DNA from: Cystobasidiomycetes sp. EMM_F5
Taxonomy: Eukaryota
Reading direction: 5' to 3'
DNA length: 64,000 bases
Assembly: GCA_051047955.1 (NCBI GenBank)
Contig: JBPGPT010000056.1
Span: forward strand, 1-64,000
Below, in pieces: positions 1 through 11,963 of this stretch. Every line of letters begins with the position of its first letter. The stretch's first letter is position 1. Below the pieces are notes generated by a model, which was given only the letters and a program-made list of their open reading frames with translations, was not told where the DNA came from and made no database searches. Position numbers and translations under genes: made by a program.

Positions 1-832
1 CACGGAGTTTGTGTCCGACACGTCATAAGCGTTGCCATCGAATAGACTGCTTGTTGTCAATACAGGCGACGATCTTCTGGGTTGCCCGTGACTGTTCTAA
101 TCCCACCTCGCGAAGAGGGTCACGCTGCCTTTGACTAGGATATTTGTCATCGAGGAGCTAGATGTCTCAAACCAACCTCTTAATGTGCGGCTTGCTCGGC
201 TTGAGCCCATATCAATTCTGCTGCGATGTCAGCGTTGGCAATCACGTAAGCATGGAAGGAGTCCTTAATGATGACTGCACGCAGGTAAACGATGCACGCT
301 CAGAGCAGGCTTCATCCACCGTTGTACAGAAGCGTGATGTTCGTGACTGCGACATCCGAGACACCAACAGATGGTCGTTCTTCACGTCAATTGCGTCTTC
401 GGCACTGAGTTGAATCATGCAGAACGAACGCCGTCGACTGCGCCTGCTCAATTCCAAACTGATATATCTGAATCAGCACAATTCGGGATGTGGGCCTTGG
501 TCACACCAGCCTGTTCTCTCAATGTTCAACGATGATACACTCGCAGCTGCTAGGGGACCTGAGACGAACGCAACGGGTATGTATGGATGATCGCATGGCA
601 CGTTCCAAGCCTTCAGAGCATTGTGTTTGATTTGCTGGCCAACATCCCAGAGGTCGTAGAGCTTGGGGGTTTATTGATCTATGCAATTGCGCGAGATGAT
701 ACGTGCCGAATCTGTGTAATACTGCAGCTACAGCTGCGTCGAGCGACGTCTCAAACAGATGAGGCTTCATAGATATTGCAGCAGACACACGACACTCTCT
801 CCAGAAAGCAGATGCGACCAATCATAGTCAAA

Positions 833-1165
833 TTATGACGGTCCGCTCGAGGTAGGCCGGGCAGAGGTAGTTGCGACCGTTGTGCCGTCCTTCAGGGTGA
901 GAGTTTCAACTTGAGTGGTCGTTACCCCAAAGTATGCCATACCGCTAGACATTGTAAAGGGTCCAACCATCGTAGTATTCCATAAAGCATACGCCATTGT
1001 CATCGATTGACCACTCGGGATGGCTGTGTTTTGCGGGACTATATGCCATTCACCAAGCGTTTTGCTTACGGTTGTGAAGGAGGCCGCAGGTGCGCTCTCC
1101 GCGAGCCGGACAAGAAATGAGCAGGCTGCAAGGAGCTTGCACAGTAGAGTGGGGTACGAGAGCAT
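833..1165 (-). CDS. Small secreted protein (110 aa), paralog of 1624..2052
   Basis: Intronless ORF with signal-peptide-like N-terminus ending AESA|P and a Thr/Ser-rich tail. Its core (TLGEWH...TMAYAL...VGPFTMSSGMAYF) aligns by eye with the neighbouring ORF. Confidence 0.75.
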   Translation of the reverse strand: MLSYPTLLCKLLAACSFLVRLAESAPAASFTTVSKTLGEWHIVPQNTAIPSGQSMTMAYALWNTTMVGPFTMSSGMAYFGVTTTQVETLTLKDGTTVATTSARPTSSGPS

Positions 1166-1623
1166 ATTGGGTCAGCTTGGTATAACTTTTGAAGCGAGTG
1201 GATGACGAAACAGGCCGAATGTTGGATGTAAGACTCGGCAGATAGGAGTCGCGGCAGGTCAGTGGAGGATGTCAAAAACATTGGCGTTCACGCGTTCCTT
1301 TCGCAATCGGAGCAAATCCGAGAGGGGGAACAACATCAGCTGAGAAAGCTGGAGATTCGGCAAAAGCGGGCAGCAGCTCTAAGTCGTGCCACCACCGGCT
1401 GTATGGAGCCGTACACACGTGAAATGGCTTGTGTCCGGCATGCCAGGATGGCGAAGCTTGCTAGAATCCAAGAACCCTCTGCCGACATCAACGCTTGCCA
1501 AGTTATTTGCACAACAGCCATACAATACTGTCGCTAGATTATGGCCAGCCATGGCAGAGTACTAGTAGGGTTAAGTTCGAGAGGAAGAGCATATGATAGA
1601 AGGTCAGCATTAACGATGCGCGA

Positions 1624-2052
1624 CTAAATACGTCCGACAGCCGTAATCGATGTAGAAGTTTCGCCCTGTCCTACGGACGAAGTTGATGTCGTTGAAGTGA
1701 CTGAAGTCGTGGAGGTTGTTGTGCCACCACCGACGGCAGTAGTCGATGTCGATGTCGGGACCTCCACGGATGTCGTAATAGTGGCCGTTGGCTCAAAGTA
1801 CATTTCTCCGTCACTGAGTGTGAAAGGACCGACTAACTCGGTCAGCCAAAAGAGGTTGTAGGCGAGTGTCCAAGTGCTGCCTGTTGACACGAGGCTGTCG
1901 GCCGTGACGGGGTGGTAAGTACCGAGCGTCTCGGTAGTTGCCGTAAAGATTGGAGCCGCAAATGACGATTGCGCAAGCATGCTACAGCAAGCTAGGATTG
2001 AGATCACCACCGATGGCATCGGCAACGGCATGGAAGTGAAGTAAACTCTCAT
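1624..2052 (-). CDS. Small secreted Ser/Thr-rich protein (up to 142 aa; true start may be a later Met), paralog of 833..1165
   Basis: Hydrophobic signal ending SSFA|AP; core TLGTYH...TLAYNL...VGPFTLSDGEMYF; long S/T tail. Confidence 0.75.
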   Translation of the reverse strand: MRVYFTSMPLPMPSVVISILACCSMLAQSSFAAPIFTATTETLGTYHPVTADSLVSTGSTWTLAYNLFWLTELVGPFTLSDGEMYFEPTATITTSVEVPTSTSTTAVGGGTTTSTTSVTSTTSTSSVGQGETSTSITAVGRI

Positions 2053-2444
2053 GATGCTTGAGGGCGTGGATGTGTTGCTTCCGGATTAACTTGGACTGAA
2101 GTGAAAACAGTATGTGGAGGAGAAAGCAGAAGCGCAGTTCTGGACGGAGCTGCTCTGAAATGCAGAGGGCAAGTCGCCAGCAACAGGGCGCTGTCTGCCG
2201 CTAATCTCGTGGCAAATTCCCAGGTTTGCATCGCCTATGGCCACAAATTGGGTGACTGGGCGATTTGCGGGTGTCTTGCCCAGTCTGTTCACGTCGAAAT
2301 GGAAAGCTGTCGCCCGGCAGCTGTACGACGACGAGCTTGCACCGCCTGAATGGTGCCGCGACCCAGCGATTGTGGTTGCCCGGCACCGATGTGCGTCGCG
2401 CATTGCGACATGGAGGTTGTGCAATTTTGACGCAAGAGCGTACT

Positions 2445-2997
2445 CTATAGCTTCTGTGCCTCGTTACGTAATCGGTCTCCGAGAACCAGCACACAGGGAC
2501 CTCCAAACACTGTCCTCTGCTTGAGCCATTCGTTGTCGGTGATGTACTTGACGACTTGACTATCTTCAGCACCCGGCTACGATGAGATGTCAGCACTTTT
2601 GACTATTGAGATTGATAATCACAGACGGCGACACACCTGCAACCAGATTCCCCGCAGCTGCTTCTGCTCGAGTGCTTGTTTCAGGACTCCGAGAGATACA
2701 GCGGGCGGAGTGACGATGCTGAGGCTAGTCTGCTCAGCCTGCTCCGCATCAAGCTCCTTTATCGAGGATATTGCGGCAATACCGAGCACATCTCTGCTCG
2801 ACAGAGTGACGGGCACTACGGGCAGCCCTCTCGACTTGTAATATGCTACGAGCTTGTATCCAAACTTGTCTGGGTTTGTGGATGCTCCTGCGACTGCATA
2901 ACTGGGGGATGAGCTGCCATCCAACTTCAGCCGATAGCCCATCAAGCGAGGTCTTGTCAGCGCACAAGAAGTTCTTCTGGACATCGTTCCCAGCCAT
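2445..2997 (-). CDS. CoA-binding domain protein (YccU-like, CoA_binding_2), 3 exons
   Basis: Spliced product MAGNDVQKNFL/SSPSYAVAGASTNPDKFGYK...SLSIVTPP...IWLQ/PGAED...GGPCVLV. The GAS, WLQPG and CxLV motifs are typical of the family. Confidence 0.85.
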
Positions 2998-3284
2998 TCT
3001 GAGCAGCTTTGACAGTGATGGACGCAGGTTGGAGGATGGTTGGAGTTGTCGGGAGCTGGAAAGGCAATCCATTAATTATCGACTGCTCAGGTCTTCCGCA
3101 CTCCAACAACTGATATCTGCAGACTCAGACCCAGCCATGACTTCTGCGCGCTGACTGTGAAGTCGAATGCAACCTGATTGCACAGCTTGGCCGGAGCGAC
3201 TTCCTCGACCGCCTTGGATGGCTGGATGGCCGGAAACGCGTCGAAAGAAGATTGTTGGAGACTTGAGCCAGCAAGGGCGGCGAG

Positions 3285-5214
3285 ATGAGTATGAATATGA
3301 GTATGAGTAGCCTGTACGTAGTCTGGCTGAATGGTCACTGCTAATGCCCGGAAAGGAGCGAACACGTACTGACATTCCGCTTGTTATTCACTAATCTCTG
3401 GCAACATGGTCACTTGCAGACTCTCCGTAAAGGTGCTCTCCCTGTCTGGCATGTGCATTCTCATGACCGTACTCGCCATCGTAATGCACATCAGCCGCAC
3501 CCATATCGCTCCAGGACAACCGCGATACAAGGCCGCCTCTGCCGTTCTTCTGACCGAAGTCGGCAAGCTGCTCTGTTCACTCGGACTGGCATACAGGGAG
3601 TCTAGGAATCTCATGCGGAAAGAGCAGGCTGAGCAACAAAAGTCGGCATACTCTCACGATGGGGGAACGTACGAGATGAATGGCGGAAACGGCCATGCGA
3701 ATGGAAGTCATAGCCAATCGCAGTACGACAACGACAGCCAGGACGTTCTTCCACCTCCAGATGCTCAAGAAGAAAAGCAGGGACTACTGTCTCCCGCATC
3801 AGCTGCAGATCCGTCTTGGGGCCAGCCATCGTCTGGCGCTTCCGTCTTCCCTCCTTTCAGATGGAAAGGCAACGGACAGGATAAATCTAGCCATATACCC
3901 ATCACACCCAAAGCCATTGCACAGCGAACGTGGCAGGAAACCTTCTCGGGCGACTGGCTCAAACTCATCATACCCGCAATGCTCTTTACGATGCAGGGTA
4001 ATCTGGCATACTATGCCAGCAGCAATCTCACAGTACCAGTATTCCAAATCACATATCAATTAAAGGTGGGCTCGATTCACCGAATCCAAGCGCAACGTCT
4101 TTTGACTTGTTTTCTTCAACAGATTCCCGCAACGGCACTTTGTTCGGTATTGATGCTGAGTCGGGTATTGTCAAATCTACAATGGGCTTCAATCGCTCTG
4201 CTATCTATCGGCGTCGGCGTAGTTCAGCTTGCGTCTACGTCTTCGACATCAGCGCCTGTTTCAGCACCCGCTGCGCCAGTCCACTTTACTCCCAATACTG
4301 GCGATCCGCTGCTCCCTGATACAGCCGAAGCAATTGCTCGAGCGATACATCGCGCTCGAGGATTATTGGCGGACGGAAGTACAGTCGAAATGAATCAGTT
4401 TCTTGGACTAGCTGCTGTCGTTCTAGCTTGCCTATCTAGCGGTTTCGCGTCAGTCTACTTTGAGCGCGTTCTCAAGAAACCCAGCAAGCCTGTCGTAATC
4501 GGTGCTCCTAACGGCCTTCGCGGTTCCCCTGCAATCAATGTAACAGAAGCGTCAGAACCTCGCAAGACTGGATTGTGGGTCCGTAACATCCAACTTTCCA
4601 TTTTCTCACTGCTAGCCGGATCAATCATCTACATTGGGACATCGGTCGATTCGCTTTCCGACTTTTTCGTTGGCTTTACACCGATCGTGTGGTTTGTTGT
4701 CCTCCTGCAAGTCGCAGGTGGACTCACAGCAGCGCTCGTCATCAAGTATGCAGACAACATCGCAAAATCCTTCTCTGCTAGCGTCTCCATCATTCTCAGC
4801 TTTGGTGCGAGCGTAGTGCTTTTTGATTATAAACTCAGCTTGGGCGTTATCGCTGGCAGTGCAGCTGTCGTTGGAGCCACCTGGCTATTCAGTGTGTCCG
4901 CCTACATTTCAATACGAAGTCACAGCCATATTGGGACTTCTTGCTGACTTGTTCGTATTCAATGTGTGTATACAGATTCGGCACCACCTAAATCAACAAT
5001 CTCAGCTCAAGCCATGCCTTCGACGTTGAGCCCAATGCGGCGGTCAAGTCATCAGGGCTGGCCCCAACAGAACGGGACACCACATGGTCCATCTCCGAGG
5101 TCGACATCCATGACAGTCAGCAAGTCGCACGATTCGGAGATGTACGTCCGTCAACGATCACCCTCGCCTGGCATTGCTATGCGCGATGGATATTTCCCGC
5201 CTTCTAATGTTTAG
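3285..5214 (+). CDS. Golgi nucleotide-sugar (UDP-galactose-type, SLC35A-like) transporter
   Basis: Motifs AVLLTEVGKL, IPAMLFTMQGNL, FQITYQLK, SSGFASVYFERVLK, WVRNIQLS, IKYADNIAKSF. A short first exon (MSMNMSMSS) splices in frame via intron 3314-3419; last exon ends at 5214. Confidence 0.9.
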
Positions 5215-5416
5215 TAGACTTTAGGCATTGCATAGGATGTTTCAGATGTAGATGACGCAGTCAGTACAGCTTGTTGTTGTATTACAAGATGAGGTGAAGC
5301 AGAAAAAGGAGCTCGACGCAGATTGGAGTCACATGGCCAAAGCTTCAAAGCCTTTCTTTCTGTACAGCCTCCCCAATACGACGCTTACAATATCGTACTA
5401 CAACAACGCAATCCCT

Positions 5417-6309
5417 TCATATGAGTTTCTGCTTTGCAAACCATGTCTGTGGTAATGAAAAGAGATTCGTCGCGAGTCAGGAACAGGTCGTACAACAGCC
5501 AATTCACCCGAAAAACTCACCCTCAAAGAGCGCATCTGCCATATGCACATGCCAATCAACGTCACAATCTGGAGAAGTGACCAGTAGACTGTTCCAGAAT
5601 TTGTCCTGTCGCTTAGAGCTCGGAAATCGTGCTCCCTTTCGCGCTGATACTGCTGCTCTTTCCGTATATCTGCGAGCTTCTTGTTCAAGTCTCTCACCTT
5701 GCCCGCCAGATCTGTGACGTGCGACTTTTCAGACTCTTCGTCTACTCTGGCTTCCCCGACGCTTTGGATGGACTTAAGGTTAGTGGCGTGAATAACATAA
5801 AAGAGAAAAGGTGCCTACGCAATGTCGAAATGCATCCTTACACGCGGTGTACTGAACCACCCTCCCGTGTAGTTTGACCTCAGGCATATGGAATGATCCC
5901 CCGCTGCATGCGACGTGAACACAAACTTGCCGACTGCTGCTCCGCGCGTGTTGACTATACGTTCTTCCGACTCCGTTTCCTGCGAGTACGCCATTTAGAC
6001 GTTGTACAGTGAGCATGACGGCGTCCCACTACTTGCCTCTACTGTAATCTGGATTCCCAACCGGTCATTGATGATCCACCTTGCGTCGTCTACGGTCCAC
6101 TCCTCTGCCTTGTAGTGCCCCACGACAATCGTGTCCTTGGGCAGCTCCTCTAGAAAGCATCTCGTCTCGCCGGCCTGCCATTCGCAAGTAAGTATAGCCA
6201 AATCATCGCGTTGCAGCTTGTTCAGACTCACCTGGAGATAAAAGTATAGGGCGTGCGCCTGGCTGAAGAGCAGGGCGAGCAGCGCGGCAGTGAGCGAAGA
6301 GATGCGCAT
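5417..6309 (-). CDS. p24/emp24/gp25L cargo receptor, probably alpha subfamily (Erp1/TMED9-like)
   Basis: Signal peptide MRISSLTAALL...AHA, LYFYL, GETRCFLEELPKDT (GOLD domain), coiled coil YQREREHDFR, TM segment, C-terminal KQKLI dilysine. Confidence 0.9.
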
Positions 6310-6678
6310 CGTCGAGGCAGAGTCCAGCCGAGTATCGCTGGCTGATATCAAGATTATTGAAGCTGTACGCGTTTGTTGGGCAGTTTGAAGGCTACAGAGT
6401 CCGTTCAAAGACTGGCTGAATGGTAATCTTGCGTGTATGTTGGGGAGCAGTATTTGGTGTATGTCTCATTCAGCATGCGACCCTTGCATTGTATTGCTCC
6501 AATTACTCCAGTTCCAACCGTGTTTCAATTCAAAAGTTACTCTCTCTCTAACCCCCGAAACTATGACTGCTGCACCCACGCTCGCACAGCGCACAGACTG
6601 AGTATATGGCAGGACACGGACACTCAACGACGACCACTCTCAAATAATACGCCTTTCAAGCAAGATTGTCCGACCAAT

Positions 6679-9600
6679 ATGACCGATTCAATAGCGCAGT
6701 CTGGTGGAAATGGAATGGCCAGCTCATCGTCGAATTTCAGTCCTCCTCCTCCTCTGATCTCACCGCCAGAATCCCAATGGCCAGCCTACTTTTTCCCTCC
6801 ACTCGCTCAGCAGCGCATGGTCTTTTGCGTCGAGCTGTTGAAGCAGCAGGACGTGCAGTCGGTGGGCGGAGCGGCTGAACGATTATTGACAGGACTGACT
6901 GTGCGCATACAATTCATTATACTCACTCATACTCCTCTCAAACCTGTCATATATACCCCGGACTCTTGGCTGACGGTGGCGATATCCATCCCGCATATGG
7001 CGACCGTCGCTCGCTTGATGTGAAATGTGATACAACCATGCAATACTCTCTCGCTATGGTGTGCGCGTCGAACTCTGCGCTGCTACACGGATCCCGCGGT
7101 GCACACGGTTGATCACGTTGGCGATGCCGAACCGATAATATAATCTTCGACACGTCTGTGCGGGATCCATCAAAACACGTCCACGCACTCCTTACACGCA
7201 TTAAACTACGTCATCACGGTCGGTACAGGTGTGCGAACTGGGATGCGGCGATGGATCAGTCCTTCGACCAATGGTGAATGGAGCATCCCACAGCGATTCG
7301 TTCCCAGAGCCCTACGTCGAGGAACCACGCCCTTCCCAGCCCCCTACTCCTGTTGATCTCCCTGAAGACGGCGACGAAGAACAGGAGGAGCGGAACGTTG
7401 CATCCACCTCCACCTCTACGAGTCGGCGGATCCGCACAGCAAGCGGATCGACAGAAGAAGACGATACGGCCATCCAATCCAAATCTACATCATCTTCACT
7501 GTCTTCGCTCGACAATGTATCATCAAATAAAGCACCAGACTGGGGCATAAATCGTGCGATATTGGATGCCTTTCAGAAATTACCGCCTTCAAGATCTGTC
7601 GACAAAGAGCTACATTTGAGGCGAATAGCAGGCTTGGATATCGTACCAGAACACTTGGAACATGCCATTCTCGCTACGGCGCCTTCGGAAGAAGAACAAG
7701 CGAGTTTCGAAGCTGCGGCTGCGGTCATTGCGGCTCGTAAAGCGAACAAAGGTCGACAGCAAGGTACGCCAGCTAATCATTCTTGATCTCCAATAGACTA
7801 AAGTATACGCTGCCGACCTATATAGACGAAACAGATGCAGATGATGTGAATGCCGAATATTCATGGGCTCCCCCAGATCGATGGGAAGATTTACGCGTCG
7901 AGATCTGGCAAGGCAGTCTGGACGTGTACAATGAGGCCTTTGACAACTTCGAAGCCATCATCATGACTGAGGTCATTGAGCACCTCTATGAAAAGCAGCT
8001 CGACAAATTTCCAGAAATCCTCTTTGGTTCGTACAGGCCCAGAATTGTCGCAATCACCACGCCAAACTATGATTTTAACAAGTATTTCACGAGAAGGTCG
8101 ACAGAAATGGCAATGGCTCACAAAAAGAAGAAGAAGAACGCGGATATGGATGATGATGCGCAACTTGACGAGACGCAAACTGGGTTCTTGGATCCGACAG
8201 GGCGGACGGACCGTGTATTTCGTGATGCAGATCACAAGTTCGAGTGGACGCAACAGGAATTTGCAGCGTGGTGCGAGAAGATTACGTCGACTTATGAATA
8301 TTCAGTTACGATCACGGGCGTCGGCTCGCTTAAGAACTATTACGGTAAAGGAGGATTCCGGGGCTTGTCAGAGGACACTACACCGGCCAAATCCGCGACA
8401 GCCGAACAGCCCGAATGGGTCACGACGGCACTAGCTGAATGTCCCGGCGGCGACGCTTCAAAATTCTTCGCAACGCAATGTGCGGTCTTTAAACGGCGGT
8501 ACACGTATGAACAAGAAAGAAACCCTCGTTCGCCCGTACAATCTCCTCTCGCCTTTTACGGTAAATTACCAACGTCATCAAGTAATCCAGCATTAGCAAA
8601 TACCGCACCCGCTAGTCCCGGCTCTATAACGCGACCCGCTTCGCGAGGTCGGTCTGCTATTGCTATACCCGGGGCGACTGCACTGTCCGGCAGAGGCGCT
8701 TCCGGTTCAGGCTCCGGGAGTCGGGGACGGCTGTCAGGTACTACGTTGTTTGGTCAGGCCCCGGGTATGGCTGCGGGCTCATCACCTGCTTCTCCCAGTT
8801 CCATCATGACTCTGTCGTCTGTTGGAAATGGAAACTCAGCAAATAAATCAACTTCGGCACAGCCAACACAGCACAAACTCCTCAAAACGCACGTGTATCG
8901 CGCGTCGCCCTACGCCGGTAATCCACAAAATTTGCCATACATCAATAAAGTGGTGGAGAAGCTCATGCGCGAAAAGATGAGAATGAAGACTGTGTCATTG
9001 CGGGAACTGTGGGGTCGGAACGAGGTATCGAGAGCTTGCGGTGGCTACATCAACAAGATTATACAAGCTGCAATTGAAGACGGCAAAGAGAATCGTTTCG
9101 ACATGGAGTTTAAGCTGAGCCTTCTTGCTTCTGGCGCGTCACTTGAAGATGCCACCTTCCTAGTATTGAAAGATTTTGTTGAGGAAGAAGTCAAATGGAC
9201 GGGCTTGGTTGATGACGAGGACGATGAAGATGAAGGGAATGGGTATACGCAGTATGAAGGCGAACTATCAGATGACGACAGCGACGACCTCGAAAGCCTG
9301 AGGAAGGAAGCAAAGAAGCCGAAGAGAGTCTGGCCCAAGAAATTGAAAGCTCGGCCAGTTGCGGCGAAGGCAGCAGATACGATTGCTGTTACGCAACCGT
9401 CGTCTGCAGATATCGAAGCAGGAGCCTCAAGCATGACTATACGCGCTTCTGGGAAGCAGCAGTGGTCGCTCCCCACCGCTGGACTGGTGCCTGACGCCGA
9501 TGCTGTGGCTGGATGGGATGTCATCCCGAAAGACGCGAGTGGTAAACCTACGCACAAACTGGAAAATGGGCTGCTCTGGCCTATGGCAAATGACGCAAGC

Positions 9601-9735
9601 GAAAAAGCGGACTGGGGCCCTGCTCCGGCAGAAACGGCAGAGGACGCAGCGTTGTGGGGTTCGACTAAAATCAGCAGCTTAATGACGGAGGAAGAGTGGC
9701 AGGCTGAGAATCCAAGTACTAGTGGATGGGACTAA
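6679..9735 (+). CDS. HEN1: HEN1-family small RNA 3'-terminal 2'-O-methyltransferase with long C-terminal extension
   Basis: FFPPLAQQR (FxPP motif), ELGCGDG (SAM binding), GLDI, TEVIEHL, TTPNYDFN, FRDADHKFEW. Introns at 6862-7228 and about 7764-7825. Confidence 0.9.
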
Positions 9736-10116
9736 GGAAATCTCAACAACGGAGGGATGGAAACAGCAGAAGGAGCATGAAGTGGTTTTGCAATAAGGCA
9801 GGTCAGTCTTCAATGTGTTTTGATTTGCAGTCAGTAGTTTGCTGGAGTCTCTCAGCTGCAGCCGGTCCGTTTGTCACGATCATGTTAGTGAAGGTTAAAC
9901 TGCTGCCAGCGGTTTGGGTCAACGACATGAACACATTTCTACTGTACAATGCGCATAGTGTTCGTCATTTTTCGAGACACATCCCAGTTTTGATACATCA
10001 CCCCCTTCCAATGTTGGAGTATCAAACCACTTCTCTTAGTACGTCTGAGTCGTCTACTATTAGCGCGCCGCGCTCAAATTGCTTGACGAGGCGCCGCGCT
10101 AGTTCGACAGTCCATT

Positions 10117-11189
10117 CTAGCTGGTCAAAGTCTTGAGATAATCTGCTACGATGAGTGTGATCATTCTGCATTTCATACGAAGAGCAGGTCAGTGCCATCG
10201 AGTACTTGTCGCCGCAGTCGTCTGTCGATAGAAGTGGGAAAACTCACGCGTGAGGGGCTATACGGACGTAAAACGTGCCAAATCCTCTATAAAACCTTGT
10301 AATTCCCTCTTCTCGCGCCACTTTACGTACACAGTCAAAGAAGCCCTTGTAGGGCAACTGACCATCTGGTCCTCTTGTCTGTTTTTGTAGTCGTGTCTTT
10401 ACGAAATCGAAGGGGAGGGAGAAGAAGGAAGCGAAAAAACCTGCTATTGCGGATGCGCCGAATGTCCTTGTGGCTTCTGATGTATGAGGAAAGTTTGCTT
10501 TGAGCTGTTGCTTGCTCTCTGCGAAAAAGCTGAGTTGTCCAAAGTTTAATGCCATTGCTCGAAGTATGCTGGGATAGGCCCCAGACCACCACGCTCCGAT
10601 CCCTTCGCTTGCAGCTATTCTTCGCAATGCATCAATGACTCCTCGATAGTTTGCGCGTTGATCTTTTGGCTTTAGCCCATCCGACTGCATTCGAATGAGT
10701 GCTAGATCGCACGGGTTGCTGAATGCAGCGGCGAGACCACCAGCAGAGAGGCCTGCCACTGCTCGTTCGGTGAATGTAATCTTTGAGCCACGCTCCTTTG
10801 CTCGTGCAGTCAGGCTGTTTTGAAAGGTGTCAAATAGGCCGAGACGAGCCGTCGTGTATGTCACTTGGCGAAGAAGCCCCGCAGACAGGCCGGTGTATAG
10901 ATCGAGAAACTTTCCTTCTGAGAGTATCTGACGCGTTATTGCGAGCGGGGATGAAGTAGCTCCACCTCTCGACCCTTCTCCTGCGAGTTGTATCCGGACT
11001 TTGACCATGTCTCTGCCGCCGAGCCATTGTCAGACGGGGCCGGCACACAGACGCAAAAGCGATACGAGCCCCCACTCACATTGGCTGGATGCACACCGTC
11101 GCAAACATGCCCGCCAGACCACCATTGATAAAGGGCAGCGCGCCCTTGAGTAACGGGCTCTGCGCAGGGTTGGCAGGCGATACCGACAT
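10117..11189 (-). CDS. Mitochondrial carrier, 2-oxoglutarate/malate (SLC25A11-like) type
   Basis: Carrier signature repeats (P..MVKVRIQ, PCDLALIRMQSD, PFDFVKTRLQ); RQVTYTTARLG and RIAPH motifs of oxoglutarate/dicarboxylate carriers; 3 exons. Confidence 0.9.
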
Positions 11190-11912
11190 GCCGGGCTGAA
11201 GGAATGATAAGGCTTCGATCTAGTATTCAGCGTTGCAGTGAGTGTCCTATTCCTTCAGCTCGACGAGTTGCAAAGACTCCAGCCCGCGCTCGTCGCAGAT
11301 TGCGTCGCGTGATTCCCAGCCGGGATTCCGGAGGGCCGGCAAGTCGGCAGAATCCGGGGCTCCAGATTGTGGAATATGTGGAGTGGATGCGGGTTATCGG
11401 AGTATGGCAGGGTGGGCATGGTTATGCATGTAGGGTAGGCGGGATATCCCGGCTTTGTTGTCGCATCATGCCATCATTTCTGGCAGACTTTGAAACTCCA
11501 TTTTCTTATCTGATTAGATTAGCATTAAAAAACGTATTCCATAGCTTTCGCGCTGGGGTGCAAACGAAAATGCTATCATGACAACGTCGGAACGAAACAT
11601 GATGAGACAAGGCTGCATGGACGCTGAATTATGCTATTAGTCAATCCTGACCTGTTCTTCCATTAATACACCCAATTTTCTATATCTGACATTTCCAAAC
11701 AACCGAAAGTATTAGAACGTCGCTCGAAGACAAGTCATGCTTCCGTTCTAATCGTCCCTCTTCTTGATGTCATTTTAAATCCGTCCACCTTTTCAGCCAA
11801 GCATACTTACATCTTTGCCGAGCCATTACAAAGACCGCCGAGCCTTGGAAGCGAGTCAAAAATGGTCTCCATGTACTGCCGGAAATCGTAATCTCATTAC
11901 AAAATTGTTGAT

Positions 11913-11930
11913 ATTGGATTATAATCCAAT
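11913..11930. promoter_or_regulatory. Perfect 18-bp palindrome with two inverted CCAAT boxes around TATAA
   Basis: ATTGGATTATAATCCAAT is its own reverse complement and lies 33 nt upstream of the bZIP ATG. Function is inferred. Confidence 0.45.
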
Positions 11931-11963
11931 GACGATTCTCTGTTAATCACCGACCCACCCAAC

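Noticed and set aside
1..821. Short ORFs on both strands at the window start
   Set aside because: No recognisable motif or consistent exon chain; cannot support a gene call.
6862..7228. TPP riboswitch or C/D snoRNA in the HEN1 intron
   Set aside because: No TPP core motifs (CTGAGA, GATAATACCAGCG-like) and no properly ordered RTGATGA...CTGA pair.
11300..11460. Cluster of CGG/CCG motifs upstream of the mitochondrial carrier (possible Zn2Cys6 sites)
   Set aside because: Spacing is inconsistent and such triplets are common at this GC content.
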